The translations under genes were made by a program, and so were the position numbers. The notes under the pieces are model-generated. The model did no database searches and had not been told where the DNA came from. It saw only the letters and a list, made by a program, of their open reading frames with translations. This document shows positions 1 to 9,439 of a stretch of 52,136 nucleotides of DNA, piece after piece; the stretch's first letter is position 1; every line of letters begins with the position of its first letter. The stretch is from an uncultured virus (IMG/VR IMGVR_UViG_3300021399_000104) (Duplodnaviria > Heunggongvirae > Uroviricota > Caudoviricetes). The stretch lies in the IMG/VR virus record IMGVR_UViG_3300021399_000104. One strand, written 5' to 3'.

Positions 1-24
1 GAATCAATCTTTATAACGGAAGGA

Positions 25-423
25 TTGTTAACTTTGAAATACGCAGATCTTAAGTTGACAAAGAGATTAGCAACAGCATTAACCCTCTATTTCTATCCAG
101 GTAAAAGTCTTATATCAGAAACTTATTACCCTTATTCAACTACATTTATTAAAACCAACTATATCGTTAAACAAGAAGATGTTAAAAAAGCACGTTGGGG
201 ATTACTTTATACTTGGTTAGTGTGGAAACAGGATAGAAGAGATTTTCATATTTCATATCATAAACTTCCTAACGAGAATATACACTGGGTGATTCAATAT
301 TATAAAGAAAACGGTCAGATAGATTTTCTTTTTTACCCACCTTATGAACCAACGAAGCCTTATCTTATATATAGCTTAGTTAATAATAGGATAACAACAC
401 TAATACAGCCATTAAACTATTAG
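25..423 (+). CDS. Hypothetical phage protein, tandem paralogue family A (copy 1)
   Basis: ORF shares motifs (YFYPGK, NY.VKQ.D, WGLLY.WL.WKQ, IDF.FYPP, PYL) with the next ORFs. Confidence 0.75.
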   Translation: MLTLKYADLKLTKRLATALTLYFYPGKSLISETYYPYSTTFIKTNYIVKQEDVKKARWGLLYTWLVWKQDRRDFHISYHKLPNENIHWVIQYYKENGQIDFLFYPPYEPTKPYLIYSLVNNRITTLIQPLNY

Positions 424-812
424 ATATAAGACTGACAAAGAGAGTAGCAATAGAATTAACTCCCTATTTCTATCCTGGTAAAAATGTTGTGTCGCATGTG
501 GAGGAATTTTATCTTTATACAACAACATTTATTAAAGCCAATTATACTGTTAAACAAGGAGATCTCGGAAAAGCACTTTGGGGTTTATTGTATTCTTGGC
601 TAGTGTGGAAACAAGATAGAGATGCTTTAGTTACTTATCATAAACCTCCTAATAATGTAGCTGAGAATATATATTGGTTGGTTCAGTATCATCAAAACGG
701 CCAGATAGATTTTCTTTTTTATCCGCCTATAGATGATAATAAACCTGGACAAAGGCCTTATTTACGATTTCATCTAGATAATAATAAAATAACAACAACA
801 AAACTAGAATGA
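411..812 (+). CDS. Hypothetical protein, family A (copy 2); homology extends upstream of the tracked start to ATT at 411
   Basis: In-frame upstream translation IKLLDIRLTKRVAIELTPYFYPGK matches MKLLDMRVTKEIANALTPYFSTGK of copy 3. Confidence 0.7.
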   Translation: MKLLDIRLTKRVAIELTPYFYPGKNVVSHVEEFYLYTTTFIKANYTVKQGDLGKALWGLLYSWLVWKQDRDALVTYHKPPNNVAENIYWLVQYHQNGQIDFLFYPPIDDNKPGQRPYLRFHLDNNKITTTKLE

Positions 813-1210
813 AACTACTAGATATGAGAGTGACAAAGGAGATAGCCAATGCATTAACTCCATATTTCTCCACTGGTAAAAGTGTTGTGTCAGAAGTAAT
901 TCAACGTTTTACTTTTGCACATGTTAAAGTCAATTATACCGTTAAGCAGGGAGATCTTGAAAAAGCACTTTGGGGATTTTTAATTACGTGGCTAAAGTGG
1001 AATCAGAGTAGGAAAGAGGTTTATATTTTACCTTTCGACTACCCTAATAGAGCCAGGAATATGTGTTGGGTGATTAAATATTATAGAGGAAAAAGTCTGG
1101 TAGATTTTATTTTTTATTCGCCTGTAGATGAAACCAGGAAAAATCCTTATTTACGATTACGACTCAGTTTATATAAAAATAAAATAATAGCAACACGACT
1201 AGAAGAATGA
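809..1210 (+). CDS. Hypothetical protein, family A (copy 3)
   Basis: Clear paralogue of the preceding ORFs; ATGA start/stop overlap. Confidence 0.8.
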   Translation: MKLLDMRVTKEIANALTPYFSTGKSVVSEVIQRFTFAHVKVNYTVKQGDLEKALWGFLITWLKWNQSRKEVYILPFDYPNRARNMCWVIKYYRGKSLVDFIFYSPVDETRKNPYLRLRLSLYKNKIIATRLEE

Positions 1211-1647
1211 AACAGCTAGATATGAGACTAATAAAAGAAATAGCTAATGCATTAATTCCCTATTTCTCCCCAGGTAACACTTTAACTCTATACTTTACTA
1301 ATAGTCTAGTGAAACCAATCGAGATGAATTATGTGTTAGGGGAAGGTGATTTTGAGAATGCGATGATTGGATTTAATATCATTTGTGGTTACGAATTAAG
1401 GCGATGGACTATAGGTGTGGATGGAATGATGGGATATCCTTTTTCTAATTTAGCGTGGGAGTCATGTAGAGAGTCTAGAAATGAGATAGACTTCTTCTTT
1501 CGCCCACCAAAAGATGATATAAACTTCGGGCCACAATATCTCAGGTTTACTGTAAAAGATTATCATCTGGAAAGTGTTGATGTTGTAAAAAATCCAGGTT
1601 ATCATTATGAAATTAATAGAACTGAGGAAAGCAAAACACCTAGCTAA
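1207..1647 (+). CDS. Hypothetical protein, family A (copy 4, diverged)
   Basis: MKQLDMRLIKEIANALIPYFSPG N-terminus, IDFFFRPP, YLRF. Confidence 0.75.
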   Translation: MKQLDMRLIKEIANALIPYFSPGNTLTLYFTNSLVKPIEMNYVLGEGDFENAMIGFNIICGYELRRWTIGVDGMMGYPFSNLAWESCRESRNEIDFFFRPPKDDINFGPQYLRFTVKDYHLESVDVVKNPGYHYEINRTEESKTPS

Positions 1648-2023
1648 AGAATTAATTCATTATTATCCACCAGGGCATCAACTAAAATATACTCTCTCAG
1701 CCCAACCCTCTGCTATCAATCCTATCAATTTTCCTCGAGCTCTTTTATGTTTTTTATTAACGGAGATGTCTATAAAGAATAACAAACCACAAACTTTAAA
1801 ACATGATGCCGTTGGATCTTGTAGAATAAAAAACATATTGTGGGTGGGGGTTTATAGAAAAGCGAAGGAGGATTTTGAGTACACATTTTACCCACCAAGA
1901 AATCAAGAGGAATATTCTGCTCCTTATATTGAAGTAACTATTGGGAAAGATGAGAAGATTATTATTAAAAAAGCCTCATTAAATTGTTCCCACACTAATT
2001 TAAATCTATTTGAGATAATCTAA
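1607..2023 (+). CDS. Hypothetical protein, possibly a distant family A member
   Basis: MKL..LR..K.LA.EL..YYPPG, FYPP and PYI motifs. Confidence 0.6.
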   Translation: MKLIELRKAKHLAKELIHYYPPGHQLKYTLSAQPSAINPINFPRALLCFLLTEMSIKNNKPQTLKHDAVGSCRIKNILWVGVYRKAKEDFEYTFYPPRNQEEYSAPYIEVTIGKDEKIIIKKASLNCSHTNLNLFEII

Positions 2024-2328
2024 TGAAATTACAAGTCTTTAAGATACTGAAACTAAAATATCTTAGATACTATATAGATGCTGCCTTAGGAAATGAAGAT
2101 AATATCGAATTTTTCAGGCATAAACTTATTCCAGCTGTGATTAAAGGTTATTATTCCTCTGATTTTTGGTTTGAAGAGAGATTTTATATGCCATTACCTT
2201 TGAATGATGACAGTAGATTTATCATTCTCTCAACTTGCAGAAGGAAGGGGATCTTTATTCAGGTAAGATTTGAAAGAATGGCATCTATTACTTTAAATCA
2301 TAAACACTTACAATATTACTTGAGATGA
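2023..2328 (+). CDS. Hypothetical protein
   Basis: ORF coupled to upstream stop; MKL start like its neighbours. Confidence 0.55.
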   Translation: MKLQVFKILKLKYLRYYIDAALGNEDNIEFFRHKLIPAVIKGYYSSDFWFEERFYMPLPLNDDSRFIILSTCRRKGIFIQVRFERMASITLNHKHLQYYLR

Positions 2329-2598
2329 TGAAAAGGGGAACTATGAAGGCAAGAAATCCTAATAAATGTAGAAGAACACAGCAATCAGTTTTCATATTTA
2401 TTTTAGGGACATCAGAAGCCCTATCTAGAAAACTGGCGGGACTACCTTCTTCCCCTATAAGTTTTTATAAAAAGGTCTTGGGTAGTCATTATTTTGGGGT
2501 TAGCTTATCAATAAACGGTAGGCTAACTTTTCTTTTTTGCTCTACTCACGCCCCTTCTATCCTTATAAATGAAATAAACTAAAAACTAAAAATTAATT

Positions 2599-2988
2599 AT
2601 GGGAGAAATTAAAAACAAACTTAAAACATTGATGCCTGAATTAATGACAGAACTCAGGGAAATACAAAAGAAAGGCGGGGATATTACTGACGCTAAATTA
2701 GAGTTGGAAACATTAAAGCTCCTAAAGTCAGAAATACAGAAGATTGAAACATTACCTAAAGACCAACAGCCTAAGGAAGATGTTGAAATCTATGTACTAA
2801 ACTCCCTTGTCAAATCTCATGTAAAAGCTATTGACGCCTTTAAAGCATCCGGTCGCAAAGATCTGGCAGGGAAAGAACAAAAAGAATTAGAAATACTTAA
2901 CTCATTCCTGCCTAAATTACCTAGCGACCAAGAAATAAAGGCGAAAGTAGATGAATGGAAGAAACTAAACCAAATCTTACAACAATGA
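2599..2988 (+). CDS. GatB/YqeY domain-like protein
   Basis: LKSEIQK...LVKSH..AIDAFKASGRKDLA.KEQ.ELEIL.SFLP pattern typical of YqeY; preceded by the CCTTATAAATGAA motif. Confidence 0.75.
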   Translation: MGEIKNKLKTLMPELMTELREIQKKGGDITDAKLELETLKLLKSEIQKIETLPKDQQPKEDVEIYVLNSLVKSHVKAIDAFKASGRKDLAGKEQKELEILNSFLPKLPSDQEIKAKVDEWKKLNQILQQ

Positions 2989-3332
2989 TACTCCTAATCT
3001 TTTACTATTGGCTACTTCCGATAATTCTAATACTCGGACTTTGCCTTCTGTACCCTATCTATCTCTGGCATAAATATAATGGCTGGAAACTAGGATTGAA
3101 TAAAACCTGGCCTAGAAAAGTACTGGAAGGCTATGTGATTGAGAAGAATAATGAAGGAATATTTTCAGAACTGGTAGGACTGAGATGGTTTACCTGTGTC
3201 TCATTCTTTCCTATAATCAATATCATTAACGTCCTCATCCTGATAAGTGTTATAAACCTTAGGAATATCAAAAAGGTTTACGGAAAGTGTGATGATGGAA
3301 TTGAAAAACTTGAAGATCTATTAAAACTATGA
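2955..3332 (+). CDS. Hypothetical membrane protein
   Basis: Two hydrophobic segments. Confidence 0.6.
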   Translation: MEETKPNLTTMILLIFYYWLLPIILILGLCLLYPIYLWHKYNGWKLGLNKTWPRKVLEGYVIEKNNEGIFSELVGLRWFTCVSFFPIINIINVLILISVINLRNIKKVYGKCDDGIEKLEDLLKL

Positions 3333-3577
3333 CGATCGTATGTGTTGTCTATGTGGCCTCCTTAATCGGATGTTTGCTACTACCTTTTATCCTAAGCAAC
3401 ATTAAGACTGGACAGAACCTCTTTGAAAACTTAGGAAAATGGAATTCTGATACTTGGAAGGAAGTGAAAGGTGCTGTACTATTCCCAATCCTTAATACAC
3501 TTACTCTCCTAGCTGCCATTCTACTAATTGTTCTGAAAGGTGTTGAATATGCTGTGGAAAGAATTAATAGAGGGTGA
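3329..3577 (+). CDS. Hypothetical membrane protein, possibly related to 2955-3332
   Basis: Two hydrophobic segments; shared FP.IN/FPILN motif. Confidence 0.55.
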   Translation: MTIVCVVYVASLIGCLLLPFILSNIKTGQNLFENLGKWNSDTWKEVKGAVLFPILNTLTLLAAILLIVLKGVEYAVERINRG

Positions 3578-3738
3578 AGAATGCTGGGTGCTAGACTATA
3601 GGGATAAACTATGGTACTTTCAAACCAGCACTCTAAAATTAATTGGAATAATCGAAAAGGAAAGTCTGAAACAACCTATCGACTTCTCTGATGACCCTGA
3701 CCTCGAAGAATTATTGAAACTTAAAACATGGATAACTA

Positions 3739-4449
3739 ATGAATACAACACCAAATCAAAATGAAATCTATCTCATCGAACAACCAAAGAAAACAATTAT
3801 AACACTGCTTTTCTTCGATGAGAAATCCTATGATATTGGAAAAGAAGTTCATGATAATATCTTTAGACTGACAGAACAATCAGACACTATTATCATCTTC
3901 CCACAAAAATCTACTATTTATGACCTCGATAAAATAGCTTCACTCTATGGCGCTATCGGATGGATCATAGGAGAAAGTACAACGGAAACATTAATGAAGT
4001 GCCTGAAATATGACGGACTAATCTTTAAAATACATACTACCGCCGTCATAACTACACTGTCGAAACTCAAAAACCAAGAAATTACTACCCTAACACCATA
4101 TCAAGGGGAGGTTCAATGGCCTGTCCTTAATATAAAAAGAATGGACTATTATGAACTGAAAGAAATATATACCCTCCCTAAAAGAAAATGGTGGCAGATA
4201 AAGAAACAGGAGGAAAAGGGTAATAATAAATTCGCTGCCTATAAATGTACATCCAATATAGTAATCCTTAAAACTTCTATTATTCTACAACTTTATGAGG
4301 ATTATACAGAGGAAAAACTGAAAAACTGGATGAATACCTTTACTTTTAACGACCCCACATACCTCATCAGCGCGTGGATCAAAAAGAAAAATATAAAATG
4401 GATGGAATTCATAGACAAAAAGGACGAAACTCAAAATACCCAGAACTAA
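3739..4449 (+). CDS. Hypothetical protein
   Basis: 236-aa ORF in an operon-like run. Confidence 0.65.
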   Translation: MNTTPNQNEIYLIEQPKKTIITLLFFDEKSYDIGKEVHDNIFRLTEQSDTIIIFPQKSTIYDLDKIASLYGAIGWIIGESTTETLMKCLKYDGLIFKIHTTAVITTLSKLKNQEITTLTPYQGEVQWPVLNIKRMDYYELKEIYTLPKRKWWQIKKQEEKGNNKFAAYKCTSNIVILKTSIILQLYEDYTEEKLKNWMNTFTFNDPTYLISAWIKKKNIKWMEFIDKKDETQNTQN

Positions 4450-4706
4450 TATTAACTTGGAAACCAGGGGATGATGCTCCAGACTGGCTTATCGATATCT
4501 GTAAAGTGATAAAACTACAAGATGACGGAAAACCACTGCTGGATCTCGGAAAAACTAATACCGGCGGAATAATACTAAAAACAGCCGATGGAAATAAAAC
4601 CCTGATCAAAACTAAAAACTATAACGATTCAGTGTGCAAGGGAATAAAGGAAAATATAATCTTCTCCCTAACACAAGAACAACTGAATCTACTGTATGAA
4701 GAATGA
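4374..4706 (+). CDS. Hypothetical protein
   Basis: ORF followed by a terminator-like hairpin (AAGGAGAG/CTCTCC-like stem plus T-run, about 4714-4752). Confidence 0.6.
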   Translation: MDQKEKYKMDGIHRQKGRNSKYPELILTWKPGDDAPDWLIDICKVIKLQDDGKPLLDLGKTNTGGIILKTADGNKTLIKTKNYNDSVCKGIKENIIFSLTQEQLNLLYEE

Positions 4707-4767
4707 ATAAAGAAAAGGAGAGGATAATGATGAAATCTTCTCCTTATTTTTCCTTCTCATAAATACC

Positions 4768-5090
4768 TAAATTCCTTATATATGAAAAGACCATTTTAAA
4801 TCATTTTTCAAGGAGAGCAGTCTGTGATAGATAGCTCTCTTTATTTTTTTCTCTTCCTAAATACCACTAAATTCCTTATACATGCAATGAATAGGTTTAT
4901 TAGTGAAGTAGAGAAGATGGTTCGAGAGGAATAGTCTTCTCTTATTTTTTTTATCCACCACTCAATCCCTTATATGTGAAGTAATATTATTCATGTTAAT
5001 TGATAAATAGCCGAGGAGGGTAGTCTGTGATAGATAACTCTCTTCATTTTTCTCGTTTGAGATAGTGATAAATGCCTTATATATGAAAGA
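4768..5090 (+). repeat. Tandem promoter-motif/hairpin mini-units (three ORF-less units plus a fourth motif for the downstream gene)
   Basis: CCTTATAYRTG motif at about 4771, 4871, 4965 and 5072; the first three are each followed by a hairpin with a GTGAT/GAGAG loop and a T-run. Confidence 0.75.
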
Positions 5091-5136
5091 GAAATTATTG
5101 TTTAACCGATCCTTTCCTAGAGTAAAATAAGCTAGG

Positions 5137-5517
5137 ATGGATCATAAATTTTTGAAAATTATGAATACAAAAGCATTAAAAGAAGAGTTGAATAGGTTCT
5201 GTTGTGGAGAACCAATCAAAGACAGCTTTATCAACATTTCAGAGAACTGTAATTTGAATGATAATTACGTTCTCCCTCTGTTACATTATAAAGTGGCAGA
5301 GCTGGTAGCCCCAACAGAAATCGAGGGGTTCATGAAAAGAAACTTTACCTGGCATTTCCGGGTAGAGCACAGAGACAAAAAAATTTACCCAGTTATTTTC
5401 TTGGGTAGACAGTCAGCTATTCCCGCAGCTGGTTGGGAAATAGTAAGGAAAGAGCAGTTGGACCAATTGCTCAACGTTGTAGAGAACAATGGCAAGTATG
5501 ACATTACTCTTGCCTAA
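5137..5517 (+). CDS. Hypothetical protein (true start probably ATG at 5161)
   Basis: ORF; the first codons lie in a leader duplicated in front of 33787-34143. Confidence 0.65.
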   Translation: MDHKFLKIMNTKALKEELNRFCCGEPIKDSFINISENCNLNDNYVLPLLHYKVAELVAPTEIEGFMKRNFTWHFRVEHRDKKIYPVIFLGRQSAIPAAGWEIVRKEQLDQLLNVVENNGKYDITLA

Positions 5518-5524
5518 ACGAAGA

Positions 5525-5573
5525 AGAAAGAGGAATTAGATGTAAAAGTCTGGTTCCTCTTCTTTATTTTTTC
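5525..5573 (+). terminator. Intrinsic terminator, second hairpin family (TAGATGTAAAAGTCT core)
   Basis: AGAGGAATTAGA-TGTAAAAG-TCTGGTTCCTCT plus T-run; same core reversed at about 9252 and 28657. Confidence 0.7.
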
Positions 5574-5614
5574 TTTTGACCTCTTTTCCTAATATATGGA
5601 AATGAAAGAAGATT

Positions 5615-5806
5615 ATGTCATTAATTAGAGAAAAGATTGAACACTTAGAACATTGGTGGGGTAAGAATAAGCCATGGAAGAATTTTTCTTATTCCCGCAA
5701 ATATTTAAAAAATCAAATGAATCGTTATCTCCGCCGTAAACCTATAGAAGAGGATGAGGTTGGCGGAAAACGAGGAAGAAAACCGTATAGAGGATGGGAA
5801 TATTAA
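5615..5806 (+). CDS. Hypothetical basic protein
   Basis: Short ORF behind a promoter-motif variant at about 5586. Confidence 0.55.
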   Translation: MSLIREKIEHLEHWWGKNKPWKNFSYSRKYLKNQMNRYLRRKPIEEDEVGGKRGRKPYRGWEY

Positions 5807-6126
5807 TGCTTAAGGTTAGATTAGTAGTAATAGTTCCAATATTACTGGGACATATTATTTGGTATAGAGCTAACAAATTAAACGCCTTACTAAGAGAGAT
5901 GACAGATGAGGTTTTTGATTACTTAAACAAGAAAAGGACTTTTGCCTATGATGCAATCAAAAGAACAGGAGATCTTTCTTTATTTAATCAATTCAAAAAA
6001 GATAGAGAAACACTTTATTCTGAATTAAATAAAATTGTTGATTCATTTACCTTTATTGTTTGGTCATTTCGTCCTATATCAAGAAAGGCTTTATGTGGTT
6101 CAATTTTAAAAATTATTTACAATTAA
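5794..6126 (+). CDS. Hypothetical protein with N-terminal hydrophobic segment
   Basis: ORF track. Confidence 0.55.
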   Translation: MGILMLKVRLVVIVPILLGHIIWYRANKLNALLREMTDEVFDYLNKKRTFAYDAIKRTGDLSLFNQFKKDRETLYSELNKIVDSFTFIVWSFRPISRKALCGSILKIIYN

Positions 6127-6130
6127 AACT

Positions 6131-6508
6131 ATGGACTTTGAAAAATTGTTTGTGTGGGCAGCGTTAAAACTCTCTGGATACGACGAGAATGTACGACCAA
6201 CAAAAGAGGAAGCAGAGGTTTATAAAAATCTTAATTCCTGGTATTTAAACGAAAAGAAGAAACATGGTGCTTTCAATGAAGATCTTTTAATTAGCAAGAA
6301 ACAAAATAAGGAATTAATGGATCTTATGCCAGAATCTGAGAAAAAGAAATATCCTGACTTAGATCCAGATGAAGATATTTTCAGCTTTTATCCATACAAT
6401 GATCATGTGTGGGTTGAACTAAGATGTCATGGGACTCCTCTCTATAAATATTCGAAAGATTTTCAAACAAAAGCTTTAGAAATTATTAAGTATGTGCTTC
6501 ATTGTTAG
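6131..6508 (+). CDS. Hypothetical protein
   Basis: ORF track. Confidence 0.6.
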   Translation: MDFEKLFVWAALKLSGYDENVRPTKEEAEVYKNLNSWYLNEKKKHGAFNEDLLISKKQNKELMDLMPESEKKKYPDLDPDEDIFSFYPYNDHVWVELRCHGTPLYKYSKDFQTKALEIIKYVLHC

Positions 6509-6950
6509 AGGAAGAGAACCAAAGAGAAGATTAGCTACTGAGGATATTAGAGTTAAGAAAGTTTTTCGTATAATAAAGCCAAGTAATAAACTCGCCTCAC
6601 CTGTTATGTATAAGATCTGGGAAAGAGGTAAGATCTATAAATCATCTCTTGACCAACCTCACCTAGTCGAATTGGATAAAAACATTTGGAGGATAAACAG
6701 GGGATTCTATTCAGTAAAAAAGAGATTTTATTTTAGAAAGAGAAAAGGGTTGTTATATATCTACCTTAACTTTTTAGATTGGTTACTGGATCTAATATTT
6801 GAGTCTGAAGTTGGGGCAAATATGGTTGATGGTGGTGATATTTCTATTACTGTCGAGAACTGTATCATTCCAAAAGGTTCTTACTATTACAAAGATTGGT
6901 GGACAGGTCAAATAGTATCAGACCAACTAATGATGTGTCCAAAAGATTAA
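6492..6950 (+). CDS. Hypothetical phage protein
   Basis: MCF...A.EDI.V.KV N-terminus and CIIPKGS.YY...VSDQL C-terminus, a pattern I associate with Bacteroidetes phage hypotheticals. Confidence 0.65.
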   Translation: MCFIVRGREPKRRLATEDIRVKKVFRIIKPSNKLASPVMYKIWERGKIYKSSLDQPHLVELDKNIWRINRGFYSVKKRFYFRKRKGLLYIYLNFLDWLLDLIFESEVGANMVDGGDISITVENCIIPKGSYYYKDWWTGQIVSDQLMMCPKD

Positions 6951-7612
6951 ACTACCTAAACTATCAGACTTTTTAATGAGGTTTGATAGTTTCTTTTTCC
7001 TTATATATGAACGAAATTTAATAAAAATGAATAAAGAAGATATTGAGAGAGTTTTAGATTTATTAAAAGATGATGAAACTATAAAATCAATATTAGAGGA
7101 AATAAGCGGAAGAGTTAACCAGAAACATTACTATCTTTTCTTTAATCATAGTAATATCCTAGACTGGTACGTAAAAACTTCTCCATCGCTTAGGGCACGG
7201 TTCCTCGATGTCTTGACGAAAAGAGTCAATGAAAAATAAACAGGTGAAAATAGCACTGAAAAAGTTTAGAAATTATTTTGGCTATTACGTGACAGAAGGC
7301 GCAGGAATAACAATCTACGAGAGAACTACTTTGAATATTGTTTTATTACCTGAACCTGATAGAAAAGAATTTACTCGACACGTTGTTTTACTATTATTCT
7401 CTTGCCTGTTTAAAGATGAAATTAAAAACACAAAGAAAAATAATTGAGCAACTTCGTAGACAATATAGAGTTTTGCCTGGAGTTCTTGAAGGTACACTCG
7501 GCCTCTATGATAGGAAAAATTCTATAACTGTTTATCAAGGCGCTCCAATGGCTGACGTTTGGAAATACTTGACTTCAATATATAATCTACGCTTACATTT
7601 AAATGAAAAATA

Positions 7613-7894
7613 ATGAATATGGAAACAAGATACTGCATTGAATATGTAAATCCAAGGCATCCGTTACGTGCCAATGGAAGCATAAATATCAGATATGACA
7701 GAGTGTTAACATTGGAGCAAGCAGAACACGATTTAACACTCATCTTGTCATTTGGAGCAAAAATACTTAACCTCTATATGGGCAATGTTGTAGAGGGCAA
7801 AACCGGTGAGTGGAGTCCTGAACCAATGATTGTTTCTAAAGACGATTGGTTTACAACAGATTGGCTTAACGAAATAATAAATAAGCAAGATTGA
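7613..7894 (+). CDS. Hypothetical protein
   Basis: ORF track, coupled to its neighbours. Confidence 0.55.
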   Translation: MNMETRYCIEYVNPRHPLRANGSINIRYDRVLTLEQAEHDLTLILSFGAKILNLYMGNVVEGKTGEWSPEPMIVSKDDWFTTDWLNEIINKQD

Positions 7895-8205
7895 AATTAC
7901 TACATAAAAAGATTGGAAACGGAATCTTTAATACGGCAAAACTTCTTGATGTAATAAGAAAGAATAAATACTTTCTTGCCTATGTTTTCTATCTTGCTAT
8001 TGCCGGTAAAAGAAGAAGACGAGGAGTAATTCTATTTCAATTACGAAAAGGCTCAGAGGCAATAGACGAACTTTATTATACTAGTTTAGGTAATTATGTC
8101 TTCTTTACAATAAACACCGACTATCAATTTAGAGTTAAATATTTAAGAAAACCACATCTCAAACCAATATTACTAGAGATAAATTATCACCTAGGAGACA
8201 TATGA
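7891..8205 (+). CDS. Hypothetical protein, tandem paralogue family B (copy 1)
   Basis: MKLLHKK..., LAY.FYL, Y...PHL.P shared with the next three ORFs. Confidence 0.7.
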   Translation: MKLLHKKIGNGIFNTAKLLDVIRKNKYFLAYVFYLAIAGKRRRRGVILFQLRKGSEAIDELYYTSLGNYVFFTINTDYQFRVKYLRKPHLKPILLEINYHLGDI

Positions 8206-8621
8206 AATTAATTCACGCACGTTTAGGAAAGAAATTGGGAACTGAATATAAAAACAGATTAAAACAAGAAGTTAAACCAAAATTAGAAGAAAAGGTTGTA
8301 ATTGGGTATAAGTATATGTTTGCCTATACTTTCTACCTAGCAATAAATAAATTTAATCATAATCCTGAAATAATGGATTTTTATACTGATAACTTTAGTA
8401 TTAGAAAGGAACGTTCTTCTAATATAATTTGGATAACATGTGATAATCTTTATGGGATGGCAGGAGGTATTAGGATTCAATTACCACTGGATGAACTGGA
8501 AATAGAGTATAAGACAGAGCCACACTTAATACCAAAAAGATTTCGCATAAGAGGTCCATTTTATGAAGGTCCGTATTATGAAACTGATTCACATACGCTT
8601 AGGGAAGAGCTTGGGGACTGA
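8202..8621 (+). CDS. Hypothetical protein, family B (copy 2)
   Basis: MKLIHARLGK, FAYTFYL, NHNPE, DEL.IEYKTEPH.IPKRFR. Confidence 0.75.
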   Translation: MKLIHARLGKKLGTEYKNRLKQEVKPKLEEKVVIGYKYMFAYTFYLAINKFNHNPEIMDFYTDNFSIRKERSSNIIWITCDNLYGMAGGIRIQLPLDELEIEYKTEPHLIPKRFRIRGPFYEGPYYETDSHTLREELGD

Positions 8622-8967
8622 AATTAAAAACGGGTCAAATCAAGTTAGTCTAAGTTTGTCTGAAAAAGTTGTAATTAATTATAAGCACGAGTTTGCCTAT
8701 TTTTTCTACCTAACAATAAGTAGATTAAATCATAATCCTGAGTTAAATCAAATTTATTTTGGCAACTTTTGGGCAAGAAAGATACATTTCACTAATATAA
8801 TAGGGATGAAATGTGTAGCAGTTGTTGGATTAGCTGGTAGAATTGAATGTAGATTACTAATGGATGAACTACTGATTGAGTATAAGACGGAGCCACATAT
8901 AATGCCAAAAAGATTTCGTCTAAATGAAATTACTCCACAAGAAAGCAGCGAAAGATCTGAACTATGA
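8563..8967 (+). CDS. Hypothetical protein, family B (copy 3; likely start MKLIHIRLGK at 8578)
   Basis: High similarity to copy 2. Confidence 0.75.
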   Translation: MKVRIMKLIHIRLGKSLGTEIKNGSNQVSLSLSEKVVINYKHEFAYFFYLTISRLNHNPELNQIYFGNFWARKIHFTNIIGMKCVAVVGLAGRIECRLLMDELLIEYKTEPHIMPKRFRLNEITPQESSERSEL

Positions 8968-9235
8968 GGGAATTTTTAACTTCATTGTAGATAACAAAGA
9001 ACTGTTAGCTTATGCATTTTACCTTACCTTATCCCAAACTCAATCTCACGGAACTCATTTATTTTGCAAGTTTAAAAAGGGGAAAAGAACTGTACTACAA
9101 GAAACAAAAATTTCATGTGGTATTATTAGAGGAGAGTTTATGATGTCAATAGATAATGTTTATTTATTTAAAATTGACTATACCAATAAACTTCATATAA
9201 AAATGAAAACGGTTCGTGATTATATTAAAGTATAA
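8924..9235 (+). CDS. Hypothetical protein, family B (copy 4)
   Basis: MKLLHKK, LAYAFYL. Confidence 0.7.
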   Translation: MKLLHKKAAKDLNYEGIFNFIVDNKELLAYAFYLTLSQTQSHGTHLFCKFKKGKRTVLQETKISCGIIRGEFMMSIDNVYLFKIDYTNKLHIKMKTVRDYIKV

Positions 9236-9288
9236 GTGCCCAAAAATTAAAAGAGACTAGACTTTTTACATCTAATCTCTTTTTTTTT

Positions 9289-9426
9289 TTATTTTTCAAT
9301 CTCCTGTCTGATAGCTTGAACATACATCCTAACCTCTGCCTTATTGTGCATAAAGTTCCCAGATGTCATTCTTTCAGTTACATCATCAATATTGTCCAAA
9401 CATTTCTTAATTAAATCTATGTCCAT
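9289..9426 (-). CDS. Small hypothetical protein (45 aa, MDIDLIKKCLDNIDD...), not in the ORF track
   Basis: Hand translation; fills the gap between 9440 and the terminator at about 9252-9280. Confidence 0.5.
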   Translation of the reverse strand: MDIDLIKKCLDNIDDVTERMTSGNFMHNKAEVRMYVQAIRQEIEK

Positions 9427-9439
9427 TTTTATTTTCGTT

